A stretch of 64,000 nucleotides of DNA from Vicinamibacterales bacterium (GTDB lineage: Bacteria > Acidobacteriota > Vicinamibacteria > Vicinamibacterales > UBA2999), in the NCBI GenBank assembly GCA_040081715.1, contig JBEBFY010000005.1:124438-188437 (forward strand), read 5' to 3'. Shown here one piece after another: positions 52,417 through 62,136 of the stretch. The translations under genes and the position numbers were made by a program. How positions within the stretch are numbered: position 1 is the first letter of the stretch; each line of letters opens with the position of its first letter. Below the pieces are notes generated by a model that worked only from the letters and a program-made list of their open reading frames with translations, was not told the origin of the DNA and did no database searches.

Positions 52417-53265
52417 GTGGCAATCAAGACCGTCGGCGTGCTCGGGTGTGGACTCATGGGCGGCGGCATCGCGCAGACCTGCGCGGCGGCCGGCTACACG
52501 ACCATCGTCAAGGAAGTGAACGACGCGTTCCTCGAGAAGGGGCTCGGCCGGATCAAGGGCCTGCTCGATGGCGGTGTGGCCAAAGGCAAGGTGACTGCCG
52601 AGGCGCGTGACGCCACGCTGGCCAACCTGAAGGGCACCACGTCGTTTTCAGACATGGCCGCGTGCGACGTCGTGATTGAGGCCATCACTGAGAGCCTTGG
52701 GGACAAGCGCGCGCTCTACGCCGAGGTGGAGAAGGTCGTGGGGGCGCACACGATCCTGGCGTCCAATACGTCGTCGCTGTGCATCACGGAGCTGGCGGCA
52801 GCAACCAAACGGCCGAATCTCTTCATCGGCATGCACTTCTTCAACCCGGTGCCCGTGATGAAGCTGGTGGAGGTGATTCGCGGCCTGACCACGACGGACG
52901 AGACCTACCAGACGGTGTTCGACTTCGCGAAGGCGCTCGGCAAGGAGCCGGTGACGGTGGTGGATCGGCCGGGCTTCATCGTCAATCGCCTGCTGATCCC
53001 GTACCTGCTCGACGCCATGCGGGCGTACGAGCAGGGCCTCGGGTCGCTGGCGGACATCGACACGGCCATGAAGCTGGGCTGCGGTCACCCGATGGGGCCG
53101 TTCGCGCTGGCCGACTTCATCGGCCTCGATACGACGTACTACATCGCGCAGATCCTGCACGGCGAGTTTGGCATGCCGATGTATGCACCGCCGCCACTGC
53201 TCAAGCGGATGGTGCTGGCCGGCCAGCTCGGTAAGAAGAGCGGTCAAGGCTTTTACACGTACTGA
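52417..53265 (+). CDS. hbd: 3-hydroxybutyryl-CoA / 3-hydroxyacyl-CoA dehydrogenase
   Basis: VGVLGCGLMGGGIAQ (Rossmann motif) ... ILASNTSSL ... GMHFFNPVPVMKLVEV ... GFIVNRLL ... GHPMGPFALADFIGLD. Confidence 0.85.
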   Translation: MAIKTVGVLGCGLMGGGIAQTCAAAGYTTIVKEVNDAFLEKGLGRIKGLLDGGVAKGKVTAEARDATLANLKGTTSFSDMAACDVVIEAITESLGDKRALYAEVEKVVGAHTILASNTSSLCITELAAATKRPNLFIGMHFFNPVPVMKLVEVIRGLTTTDETYQTVFDFAKALGKEPVTVVDRPGFIVNRLLIPYLLDAMRAYEQGLGSLADIDTAMKLGCGHPMGPFALADFIGLDTTYYIAQILHGEFGMPMYAPPPLLKRMVLAGQLGKKSGQGFYTY

Positions 53266-53314
53266 CCCGGCGGTCCGGTTCCGGTGGCCGTGTGACTGCG
53301 GATCAGGTTCGCGC

Positions 53315-55018
53315 CTACCTGAAGCAGGGCCAGCCCGTCTGACGCCACGTGCCCGCCGTGCGACGGTCGCGGCGTGCGAACAGCTTGACGCTGCTGCCAT
53401 CACCGAGCTCCACATCGCCAAGCTCGTTGAACTCCGTCCGCAGCCAGGCATCGATGCGCGGCATCTCTGTGGAGACCTTCTCGTAGTCGCCCCCGGCCGG
53501 CATGACGGCCAGCGGCACGCTGTGCCGCTTGAGGCGCGCCAGTGTGAGCGCTTGGTCGGCCGGTGTGCTGAAGAAGCCCGGCCGCAGATCGCCGTGGCCG
53601 CCGGGAAACGGCCGTTGGGCCAGTGCATGCACCACCGGGAGGTACGGTGAGATAAACACGCGGTCGTTCTCGGCGGCGCAGTCGCGCACGTAGAAGGCCA
53701 GGCGGATCGGGCCGGGGGCATCGGGCGACGTCCACCCTTCAAGCGGCCACGTATTCAGCCGTGCCGTCATCTCGACGGCCTTGTCGACGGCACCCAGGGG
53801 ACGGTCCAGCATCCCGGCGTTGCCGAGTTGCGTGCGAACGTATGGCACGAGCACCAATACGGTTCCAGTCAGGACGATGAGGGTACCCGCCGCGGCGGTC
53901 ATTCTGACGGCCAGCGCGCGCCCCTCTCGGACCGAGCGGACCGCCGCACGGATGAGCCATGCACCGAGGATGGCGGTCGTCACCGACGCGTCACCGAAGC
54001 GGCCCGTGAGATTGCCCCGTATGAAGCCCCAGACGAGCACCAGGCCGAGCAGGCTTGCCACCAGCAGTTTCTGTCGTGCGTGCGGCCAGTCGCTCCGTTG
54101 CTCGGGCTTGCCCGTCTGGGCCACCAGGACCGCCACGGGCACGGCGATGATCAACCAGAACAGCCACGGCTCGTAGTTCCGCAGCGCCTGCTCGAAGACG
54201 CCGTTCCGCCACCAGGCCTTTGTGTCGTCGCTGACACCTTGTCCTTCCTGGGGCGAGAGCGCGAACTCCGGCACGCGCAACGGTGACCGGCTGCGATCAC
54301 GCTGTGCCCACGAGTTGGCCGTGACCACGTGGGTGACAATGCCCCCGTTGAGCTGAAGCCAGCCGAGATAGGGCGCCGCGCACATCAGTGTGAAGACTCC
54401 ATATGCCGCCAGGTGCCTGACCCGTGTCATCCACGTCACGTGCGCCTGGACGACAATGGTTGCGACAACCGCAAGGCCGACAAACAGCCCGTGATCATGG
54501 CGGAAGAGCAGGGCCGCCACGCTCAGTCCCGCCAGCCAGGCGAGCTTGCGGATGCTGGGCCGATCCACGTAGGACCAGATCGCCGGTAACGCAATCGCGT
54601 AGACCAGCACCTTCGGGTAGCTATAGAAACGCGTCCAGAGCGCGGCCTGAAAGACCGCCGCCAGCGCCGCAATCACTGTGGAACCAGACGCGCGCCGTGC
54701 CGACCAGAACGTCAGCGTTGTCGCCACCGACAGTGCCGTCACGCAGAAGACGATCTCTGACCAGGTGCCACGGCCACCCACCACCTGCACGAGCGCCGCG
54801 ACCACAAACGTCAGCGGCGCACCTGGATCCACGAAGTCACGGTCCGGCCACTCCCCGAAGAGGATCTGCCAGCCGCGTACGAGGTAGAAGTAGTGGTCGT
54901 CCAACAGGCCAGCCAGCGGCTCAAGGTCGTTGTAGCGGTACAGCCACGACCAGGCGAAGATCAGCACCGCCACCACGCCTGCGACGACGCCGCCGATGCT
55001 CCACGTCCGGCGGGTCAT
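53315..55018 (-). CDS. polytopic membrane protein with a C-terminal soluble domain (GT-C-like glycosyltransferase is a guess)
   Basis: 567 aa with about 10-12 hydrophobic segments over the first ~390 aa, then a ~170-aa hydrophilic tail. No diagnostic motif recognised. Confidence 0.35.
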   Translation of the reverse strand: MTRRTWSIGGVVAGVVAVLIFAWSWLYRYNDLEPLAGLLDDHYFYLVRGWQILFGEWPDRDFVDPGAPLTFVVAALVQVVGGRGTWSEIVFCVTALSVATTLTFWSARRASGSTVIAALAAVFQAALWTRFYSYPKVLVYAIALPAIWSYVDRPSIRKLAWLAGLSVAALLFRHDHGLFVGLAVVATIVVQAHVTWMTRVRHLAAYGVFTLMCAAPYLGWLQLNGGIVTHVVTANSWAQRDRSRSPLRVPEFALSPQEGQGVSDDTKAWWRNGVFEQALRNYEPWLFWLIIAVPVAVLVAQTGKPEQRSDWPHARQKLLVASLLGLVLVWGFIRGNLTGRFGDASVTTAILGAWLIRAAVRSVREGRALAVRMTAAAGTLIVLTGTVLVLVPYVRTQLGNAGMLDRPLGAVDKAVEMTARLNTWPLEGWTSPDAPGPIRLAFYVRDCAAENDRVFISPYLPVVHALAQRPFPGGHGDLRPGFFSTPADQALTLARLKRHSVPLAVMPAGGDYEKVSTEMPRIDAWLRTEFNELGDVELGDGSSVKLFARRDRRTAGTWRQTGWPCFR

Positions 55019-55208
55019 CGACGGGTTCCCGGAAACATGGGAGCATCACCGTCAGCAGGGAGTGCCATCACACTTGCCTGCCTGGCGGTCATGGCCGACT
55101 CCGGCGGGGGTTCGTCATCTCACAGTTAGTGTACGCGGGGCACCGCTGACACCTTCGACAACATCGGGGACTTGGCGTAGGCTCTTCCCGTTCATCACAA
55201 GGAGCCTC

Positions 55209-56468
55209 ATGACGCGCACGCGACTCACTCTTTCCGCGGCAGCCCTTGGGCTGGCCCTCCTTGCTGGGGCCGGCTGGTTGCCGCGGGTCTCGCCCGAATC
55301 CAGTCTGTCTGCTTCGCTCAGCGCAGCCCCCGTGGCCCAGGGCGCCGGCAAGGGCGAAATGGTGCCGTATTACGAGTGGGACCCCTACTGGCCCAAGCGG
55401 CCACTGCCCAACCACTGGGCCATCGGCAACACGGTGGGCCTCTACGCCGACGCGAAGGACCACATCTGGATCGTGCACCGTCCGCGGACACTCCTGGCCG
55501 GGCATGAGGACGATGCGGCGTTCGAGACGCCGGAATCCGAGTGTTGCGTGCCTGCGCCCTCCGTGATCGAGTTCGACCAGGCCGGCAACGTCGTCCAGGC
55601 CTGGGGTGGCCCGACCGCCGACAGCTTCAAGAAGTCCGGCGTGGGCGGGCAGGGCGTCATTCAGGAGCGGTTCCTGATGTGGAAGAAGCCGCAGGGCTAC
55701 GTGTGGCCGGAGTCCGAGCACACGCTCTTCGTGGACCACAAGGAGAACGTCTGGGTAGGCAACAACGGCGGATCGCACATCCTGAAGTTCACCCGGGACG
55801 GGAAGTACCTGCTCACGGTGGGCGTCCCTGGCAAGAAGGCCGACAGCAACGATACGACGGCCATGCGGAGCCCGGCCGGCGTCACCGTGGATCCCAAGAC
55901 CAACGAGCTCTATGTGGCGGACGGCTACGGCAACCGGCGCGTCATCGTGTGGGACGCCGACACCGGCGCCTACAAACGCCACTGGGGCGCCTATGGGAAG
56001 AAGCCGGACGACAGCGTGCCGTTCAAGTACAGCCCGACCGGGCCGCCGTCGCAGCAGATGAACACGGTGCACTGCGTCTGGATCGACAACAAGGACGAGG
56101 TGTACGTGTGCGACCGCGCCAACTCGCGCATCCAGGTGTTCAAGCAGGACGGCACCTTCATCAAGGAGGCGTCCGTGGCGCCGCAGACGCTGCGCGGGTC
56201 CGTGCTCGACATCGCCTTCTCGAAGGACAAGGAGCAGAAGTGGATGTTCGTGGCCGACGGGCGGAACGAGAAGGTCTGGATCCTGCGTCACAGTGACATG
56301 AAGGTGGTGGGCTCCTTCGGAAGCGCCGGCCACTTCGGCGGCCAGTTCACCATCGCGCACAACATCACGATCGACTCGAAGCAGAACCTCTACGTGTCGG
56401 AGAGCCTGACGGGCCAGCGCGTGCAGCGCTTCCTCTATAAAGGGCTCCGCGCATCGACGATGAACTGA
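55209..56468 (+). CDS. exported NHL-repeat beta-propeller protein
   Basis: Trimmed to the ATG at 55209 (MTRTRLTLSAAALGLALLAGAG). NHL-like units LYVADGYGNRRVIVWDADTGAY, VYVCDRANSRIQVFKQDGTFI and LYVSESLTGQRVQRF. Confidence 0.6.
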   Translation: MTRTRLTLSAAALGLALLAGAGWLPRVSPESSLSASLSAAPVAQGAGKGEMVPYYEWDPYWPKRPLPNHWAIGNTVGLYADAKDHIWIVHRPRTLLAGHEDDAAFETPESECCVPAPSVIEFDQAGNVVQAWGGPTADSFKKSGVGGQGVIQERFLMWKKPQGYVWPESEHTLFVDHKENVWVGNNGGSHILKFTRDGKYLLTVGVPGKKADSNDTTAMRSPAGVTVDPKTNELYVADGYGNRRVIVWDADTGAYKRHWGAYGKKPDDSVPFKYSPTGPPSQQMNTVHCVWIDNKDEVYVCDRANSRIQVFKQDGTFIKEASVAPQTLRGSVLDIAFSKDKEQKWMFVADGRNEKVWILRHSDMKVVGSFGSAGHFGGQFTIAHNITIDSKQNLYVSESLTGQRVQRFLYKGLRASTMN

Positions 56469-56488
56469 GTGCCGCGCATAGCCTCTGC

Positions 56489-58747
56489 ATGTTGATGCGT
56501 CCGGTCCGCCTGGCGGGTCTTGCCCTCCTGCTGCTCGCCGGTTTGTCCGCGACGGCGATGGGGCAGGTGGTCCCCGCCGGCTATCCGCCGCCGCCCGCTC
56601 TGCCAGACACGATGGTCCGCGCCGCCGACGGGCGGGTGACGGTCCGTGCCGTGCGGCTCTCCGTGCCATTGCGGCTCGACGGCCGGCTCGACGAGGCCGT
56701 CTACGCCAGCATCCATCCGGCCGACGGGCTGATACAGGCCGACCCGAATGACAACGTGCCGTTCACAGAACGGCACGAGACCTGGGTCTTCTTTGACGAC
56801 ACGGCCATTTATGTGTCGATGCGCTGCTGGGAGAGCCACCCCGAACGGGTGATCGCCAATGAGATGCGGCGCGATCACGGCGGCCTCGCCCAGAGCGACC
56901 ACGTATCGTTCACCCTCGACACCTTCCTAGACCGACGCAACGCGGTCTCCTTCACGCTGTCCGCTGCCGGCGGACGCATGGACGGGCAGTTTTCAGACGA
57001 GCGGTTCTACAACGGCGACTGGAATCCCGTATGGGACTCGGCCGTCAGCCGCTTCGACGGGGGATGGTCCGTGGAGATGACGGTGCCGTTCAAGTCGTTG
57101 CGGTACGGCCCCGGGCGCGACCAGGTCTGGGGCTTCAACGTACGCCGGCTGAGCCGCTGGAAGAACGAGATGGCGCACCTCACGGCTCTTCCACGGGCGC
57201 TGGCGCAACGGGGCATGTTCGTCCAGTCGCTGGCCGGGACACTGGTGGGCGTGGAGGCGCCGCCCCCGGCGATGAATCTGGAGATCAAACCGTATGTGAC
57301 GGGGAACCTCACCTCGGACCGCACGGCGCGGCCTCCGGTGTCGAATGACCCTGGAGGGGAGGTCGGCATCGATGTGAAGTACGGGCTGGGCCGGAGCCTG
57401 ACCGCCGACTTCACCTACAACACGGACTTCGCGCAGGTCGAGGCCGACGAGCAGCAGGTCAACCTGACGCGGTTCAGCCTCTTCTTTCCGGAGAAGCGCG
57501 AGTTCTTCCTGGAGAACTCCGGCACGTTCGCCTTCGGTGGCGCCGGGGCGTTCGGCGCGGCCAGCGGCGACACGCCGACCCTGTTCTACAGCCGTCGAAT
57601 CGGACTCAACCTCGGGCGATCGGCGCCCATCGACGGCGGCGGCCGGCTCACGGGCCGGCTCGGCCGCTTCAGCCTCGGGGTGATCAGCATCCAGACGGGG
57701 AAAGAGTCCGTGTCCCGCTCGCCGGCCACGAACTTCTCCTTGCTGCGGCTGAAGCGCGACGTCCTTCGCAAGAGCAATGTCGGCCTGCTGGTGGCCCGGC
57801 GGTCGGTCGGTGAACGCCTCCCGGGGGCCAACGACACGTACGGCGTGGACGGGGCGTTCGGCTTCTACGACAACCTCACCGTCAATACCTACTGGGCTCG
57901 TACCCGGACTGGGGGACTCGGCCGGGACGACACCAGCTACCGCGGTCAGGTCGACTATGCCGGGGACCGCTACGGACTCCAGGTCGAGCAGCTGTCGGTC
58001 GGCAATGATTTCAACCCGGACATGGGCTTCGTGCGTCGCGTCGACATCCGGCGCTCCTTCGCCCAGGCCCGGTTCAGCCCACGGCCCAGAAAGGGCGTGG
58101 TCCGTCGGTACGCCTTCGTCGCCGCGGAGACCTACATCGAAAATGGCGCGCGGCGTGTCGAAGCCCGGCAGGTCGACGCCAGCGCCGCCGCGGAGTTTCA
58201 GAAGGGCGACCGCTTCAACCTCGCCTACAGCCGCACGTTTGAGTTTCTACCGGCACCGTTTCGGATCGCGGCGGGCGTCGAGGTGCCGACCGGCGGCTAT
58301 ACCTATGAGGCCGGGCGGGTGTCGTACACGTTCGGGCAGCAGCGGAAGATCTCAGGCACCCTCTCGGCCGAGCACGGCACCTTCTATGACGGGCATCGAA
58401 CCGTCTTCGGAGTGGCCAGCGGCCGTGTGGAGCTGACGCCGCAGTTCTCGGCGCAGCCAACGGTGTCGATTAACCGCGTCTCGTTGCCGCAGGGCGCATT
58501 TACCACCACGCTGGCGGGCACGCGCGCCACCTACACGATGACCCCGCTCATGTTCGTGAGCGCCCTCGTGCAGTACAACACCACCGCGCACAGCCTGGCG
58601 TCGAACGTGCGCCTCCGCTGGGAGTACGCCCCCGGCAGCGAGCTGTTCGTGGTCTACAACGATCAGCGCGACACCCTGACGCGAGGGATTCCCGACCTCC
58701 AGAACCGGGCCTTCATCGTCAAGATCAATCGGCTGCTGCGCTTCTAA
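56489..58747 (+). CDS. DUF5916 / CBM9-like domain protein (paralog of 26203-28518)
   Basis: 752 aa with a signal peptide. RAVRLSVPLRLDGRLDEAVYA ... ETWVFFDDTAIYVSMRCWES ... DWNPVWDSAVSRFDGGWSVEMTVPFKSLRY ... ends VKINRLLRF. Collinear with the first copy along its length. Confidence 0.55.
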   Translation: MLMRPVRLAGLALLLLAGLSATAMGQVVPAGYPPPPALPDTMVRAADGRVTVRAVRLSVPLRLDGRLDEAVYASIHPADGLIQADPNDNVPFTERHETWVFFDDTAIYVSMRCWESHPERVIANEMRRDHGGLAQSDHVSFTLDTFLDRRNAVSFTLSAAGGRMDGQFSDERFYNGDWNPVWDSAVSRFDGGWSVEMTVPFKSLRYGPGRDQVWGFNVRRLSRWKNEMAHLTALPRALAQRGMFVQSLAGTLVGVEAPPPAMNLEIKPYVTGNLTSDRTARPPVSNDPGGEVGIDVKYGLGRSLTADFTYNTDFAQVEADEQQVNLTRFSLFFPEKREFFLENSGTFAFGGAGAFGAASGDTPTLFYSRRIGLNLGRSAPIDGGGRLTGRLGRFSLGVISIQTGKESVSRSPATNFSLLRLKRDVLRKSNVGLLVARRSVGERLPGANDTYGVDGAFGFYDNLTVNTYWARTRTGGLGRDDTSYRGQVDYAGDRYGLQVEQLSVGNDFNPDMGFVRRVDIRRSFAQARFSPRPRKGVVRRYAFVAAETYIENGARRVEARQVDASAAAEFQKGDRFNLAYSRTFEFLPAPFRIAAGVEVPTGGYTYEAGRVSYTFGQQRKISGTLSAEHGTFYDGHRTVFGVASGRVELTPQFSAQPTVSINRVSLPQGAFTTTLAGTRATYTMTPLMFVSALVQYNTTAHSLASNVRLRWEYAPGSELFVVYNDQRDTLTRGIPDLQNRAFIVKINRLLRF

Positions 58748-58891
58748 GGGCGTCGGCACCGGGTTTATCCGCACTGAGCTGCGCTGGCGTGTCCGTCCTT
58801 CACCGTGGCAGTGCGGATGGGACCCTATTCGTCATGCAACGTCTGACTGAGGCCATCTCACTGAGAGTCGCGGCACTGCCCGGTCTTCTGA

Positions 58892-59050
58892 GGGAAGACG
58901 TGGTTGCTGCCCGGCCTCATCGATGCCCACGTGCACTTCGCCACCGTGCCTGTAGTGATCTCCAGCGCGGCACAGATCAGAAACGGTGGCCACGCGAATG
59001 CGCGAAGAGGTCGTGCGACTGAGGTTGGACTACACAGCACCTGCCGATGA
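58892..59050 (+). pseudogene. remnant of an amidohydrolase-family gene (isolated N-terminal metal-binding motif)
   Basis: A frame opened directly by a stop codon reads GKTWLLPGLIDAHVHFATVP (the PGxIDxHxH motif). It degenerates and stops after 52 codons, with no start codon and no continuation. Confidence 0.35.
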
Positions 59051-59163
59051 CATCGACGGCTACGTATCGCCACTCTGTCCTTGCGGAATCAACACGTGCC
59101 CGCTGATCAGATAAGAATAGCGACGCGGACGCCCAGTCTGAATGCCGGGAGCCATGGCATACT

Positions 59164-60600
59164 GTGCCCGTGAAATCCGGGGATGGGTCGGCCCCAGAGG
59201 CCCCCCGCACGAGCGCCCTCACCGTTTTTGCTTGGCTATGGGCTGCGGGTGTGGTTTCACACATGGCGTCGTACTCGGAGCCACTTCAACCGGTCACGGT
59301 TGTCATACTTGCCCTCGCGCTCCTCGTGCTCTTTCGTCCCTCTACGATCGCAGTCTTCCTGGCGCTGCTCACGGCGCAACTGCTCTACCTATGCTGGCGA
59401 CTGCCTGACGTGTCGAACCATTCGATTCTTTCGGCGTGCGTCGAGCTGACCATTCTGTCGGCTGCGGTCTGCCACGCAGTGACGAAAAGAACATGGAGAA
59501 TTGACCCACGTGAGCTGTACACGTCATCTTCCGCGATTGTTCGCATTGAGGTGCTGGTTTTCTATTTCTTCGTCGTGTTCCACAAGCTGAACAGCGGTTT
59601 CTTTGACCAGGAGTACAGCTGCGGTGCCGTCATGTACCTGCGTCTGGCGCGGCAGTACGCATTTCTTCCCACGGCGGACTGGACGCGATGGTGCGCGATC
59701 TGTCTCACCATCCTGATCGAGGCGGCGATACCCGTGATGCTGGTAGCGCGCCGTCTAAGGTTGGCCGGCCTGCTGCTGGCGTTCGGCTTTCACTTCGCGC
59801 TCGCGATGGATCCTGGCGACGTCATCTTCAATTTTTCGGCAATCCTGCTGGCGCTCTTCTCTCTATTCTTGCCAAACGACTCCGCACAGGCACTCTACTC
59901 GACGCTGGCGCCGCTGCGCCGCGCATGGCGCCGCCCGCCCAATCGGATTGTGTGGCTTGGGGCCCGCGCCTGCGTCTACTTGATGTTGCCGACGCTGCTC
60001 GCAGCGCTCATTTTCCGCGGTGCGATTCCTACGGGGCTGACACGGGAGGCGGCGCGAGGTGCCTGGGTGTTGTATGCCGGATTTGTTCTCGCCACATTTC
60101 TCGCAACCGTGCCGCGCCACTCCTTGATGTTCACGAGCGCGCGGGAGTTGCTCGCCGTCCGATCGCCATGGCTCCTGATGTTTCCCGCATTGCTCTTCGC
60201 GAATGGCCTCATGCCGTATTTGGGAGCAAAGACAGAGACCGCATTTTCCATGTTCAGCAATCTCCGCACGGAAGGCGGCCATAGCAACCACTGGTTGATG
60301 CCCGAGTCGCTGCATGTCTGGAATTACCAGCGGGATCTCGTCACGATCCGGCACACGTCGGTCGAAGGAATGCAGAAGTTAGCAGACAGTGGTTCTCAAT
60401 GGACCTACCTCGAATTCAGGCGGGCGATGCGTGATCGTCCGAATGCGTCGGTCACGTATGAGCGCAACGGTGTGGTGACGGCACTGAAAAGGGCCGGAGA
60501 CGACCCGGAACTGATGCACCCGGATGGTTGGGCGGAACGGAAACTTCTGACGTTTCGTCGAGTGTCCATGGACTGGAGCAGGACCTACTGCACTCACTGA
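59164..60600 (+). CDS. polytopic membrane protein, possibly HTTM (vitamin-K-dependent gamma-carboxylase-like / SdpB-like) family
   Basis: 478 aa with about 9-10 hydrophobic segments. SNHSILSACVELTILS, RIEVLVFYFFVVFHKLNSGFFD and AFSMFSNLRTEGGHSNHWLMP resemble my memory of HTTM-domain patterns. Lower GC and weaker GC3 bias than its neighbours. The GTG start is uncertain. Confidence 0.4.
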   Translation: MPVKSGDGSAPEAPRTSALTVFAWLWAAGVVSHMASYSEPLQPVTVVILALALLVLFRPSTIAVFLALLTAQLLYLCWRLPDVSNHSILSACVELTILSAAVCHAVTKRTWRIDPRELYTSSSAIVRIEVLVFYFFVVFHKLNSGFFDQEYSCGAVMYLRLARQYAFLPTADWTRWCAICLTILIEAAIPVMLVARRLRLAGLLLAFGFHFALAMDPGDVIFNFSAILLALFSLFLPNDSAQALYSTLAPLRRAWRRPPNRIVWLGARACVYLMLPTLLAALIFRGAIPTGLTREAARGAWVLYAGFVLATFLATVPRHSLMFTSARELLAVRSPWLLMFPALLFANGLMPYLGAKTETAFSMFSNLRTEGGHSNHWLMPESLHVWNYQRDLVTIRHTSVEGMQKLADSGSQWTYLEFRRAMRDRPNASVTYERNGVVTALKRAGDDPELMHPDGWAERKLLTFRRVSMDWSRTYCTH

Positions 60601-60750
60601 CCCGCATTCGTGGCGCGACAGCCCTGCGGGCGATGAACCAAGAAGCCAGCGTCACGTTGAACATCAATTGATGAGACTCGAGGCGATGCACGATCGCTAC
60701 AGTCTAGATACAGCTTGGTGTCTGCGGCTACAATTGCTCCCCACTGCATC

Positions 60751-62136
60751 ATGCTCCTGAACGATGGCGTACCGAGCGCGAGCTACGACTGTATTGTCGT
60801 CGGATCGGGTCCAGCCGGGCTCAGCCTCGCGTTTGCGCTCGGTTCGGCCAACAAGAGAGTCCTGATCATCGAATCCGGGGGCGAATCACCGGTCCGCGAG
60901 CTGGCGAACGCGATCGGGTACGGACACTACGCCGACGACTATTGGAACCATCACTCAGTCAAGGCCCTCGGCGGCTCATCGCAGGTCTGGGCGGGGTGGG
61001 TCACGACCTTGAGTGACCGGACGTTCGATAACCCGTCTGTGGGAGTTCGATGGCCGATCACCAGGCAGGATCTGGTGCCCTACTACAGGAAGGCTGCTGC
61101 TCTGATCGATCGAGACGCCTCGATTGTTGACTTCGAGAGAGGCTTCTTTCCCGGATTCCACTACCGACCATTTTCTCGCGGAGTTCCGACGAGATTCGAC
61201 AGCAAGTACGGGGATCAATTGAGGGTGTCGCCTGCCATCGATGTCCTCCTGGGATGCTCGACGGTGGGTCTTGACGCCAACGACTCGAGGCGTGCGATCA
61301 GCGTAATCCGGTACTTCCACCATGCGTCCGGCGTCACGCGCGACCTGGCGATCACGCCATCGCAATCGGTCGTGCTGGCGGCCGGAGGGATCGGGAATGC
61401 CCAGCTGCTCCTCCAGCCGCGGAAGGACGGTACGGTGTCCGCCGGCAACGAGAGTGGCCAGGCTGGCCGCTTCATCATGGAGCATCCGCACTTCTACGGC
61501 GTCGCGGAGTGTGTCCTCGATGACGACCTCGATCGTCACCTGCCCACGGCCGCGTTTGGGCCAGCCGAGCATGCCCTGGTCGTCGACACCGAGCATTCAG
61601 AGAAACACGGTCTGTTCGAATGCAGCCTGCAGTTTCACGAGAAGACGACGGACCACGAACTGGTGCGTCACCTATCCAGTGAGTTGGGCAAGCCCTTTTA
61701 TCACTACACCATCAATGCCAGGGCCGAGATGCTGCCCTCGGCGGCGAACCGCGTGTTTCTCACGGGTGAGCGTGATCGCTCCGGACTGTACAGGCCTGGT
61801 GTTCGATGCGTCCTCGATGCCAGAGACTTACTGAATACAGAGATGACATTGCGGTTTCTCGGCGAGTCGCTGATCGGACTGCGTAAAGGTCGAGTTCGAA
61901 TCGACAACGCAAGGCTTTATGGACAGCCCAACGGCGGCGGCCACATCATGGGAACGACCCGGATGGGAAACAGTCGATCGACGTCCGTCGTGGATCGGAA
62001 CTGCCGGGTGCACGGATACGACAACCTCTACGTGGCGGGCTCGTCCGTGTTTCCAACCGGAGGGTATGCCAATCCCACGTTCACCATCGTGGCGTTGGCC
62101 TTGCGGCTGGCTGATACGCTGGTGAATCGGGGATGA
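60751..62136 (+). CDS. GMC-family FAD-dependent oxidoreductase, no signal peptide of its own
   Basis: YDCIVVGSGPAGLSLAFALGSANKRVLIIESG is the FAD-binding GxGxxG motif. C-terminal GTTRMGNSRSTSVVDRNCRVHGYDNLYVAGSSVFPTGGYANPTFTIVALALRLAD. TTG 60715 and GTG 60718 are alternative starts. Confidence 0.8.
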   Translation: MLLNDGVPSASYDCIVVGSGPAGLSLAFALGSANKRVLIIESGGESPVRELANAIGYGHYADDYWNHHSVKALGGSSQVWAGWVTTLSDRTFDNPSVGVRWPITRQDLVPYYRKAAALIDRDASIVDFERGFFPGFHYRPFSRGVPTRFDSKYGDQLRVSPAIDVLLGCSTVGLDANDSRRAISVIRYFHHASGVTRDLAITPSQSVVLAAGGIGNAQLLLQPRKDGTVSAGNESGQAGRFIMEHPHFYGVAECVLDDDLDRHLPTAAFGPAEHALVVDTEHSEKHGLFECSLQFHEKTTDHELVRHLSSELGKPFYHYTINARAEMLPSAANRVFLTGERDRSGLYRPGVRCVLDARDLLNTEMTLRFLGESLIGLRKGRVRIDNARLYGQPNGGGHIMGTTRMGNSRSTSVVDRNCRVHGYDNLYVAGSSVFPTGGYANPTFTIVALALRLADTLVNRG

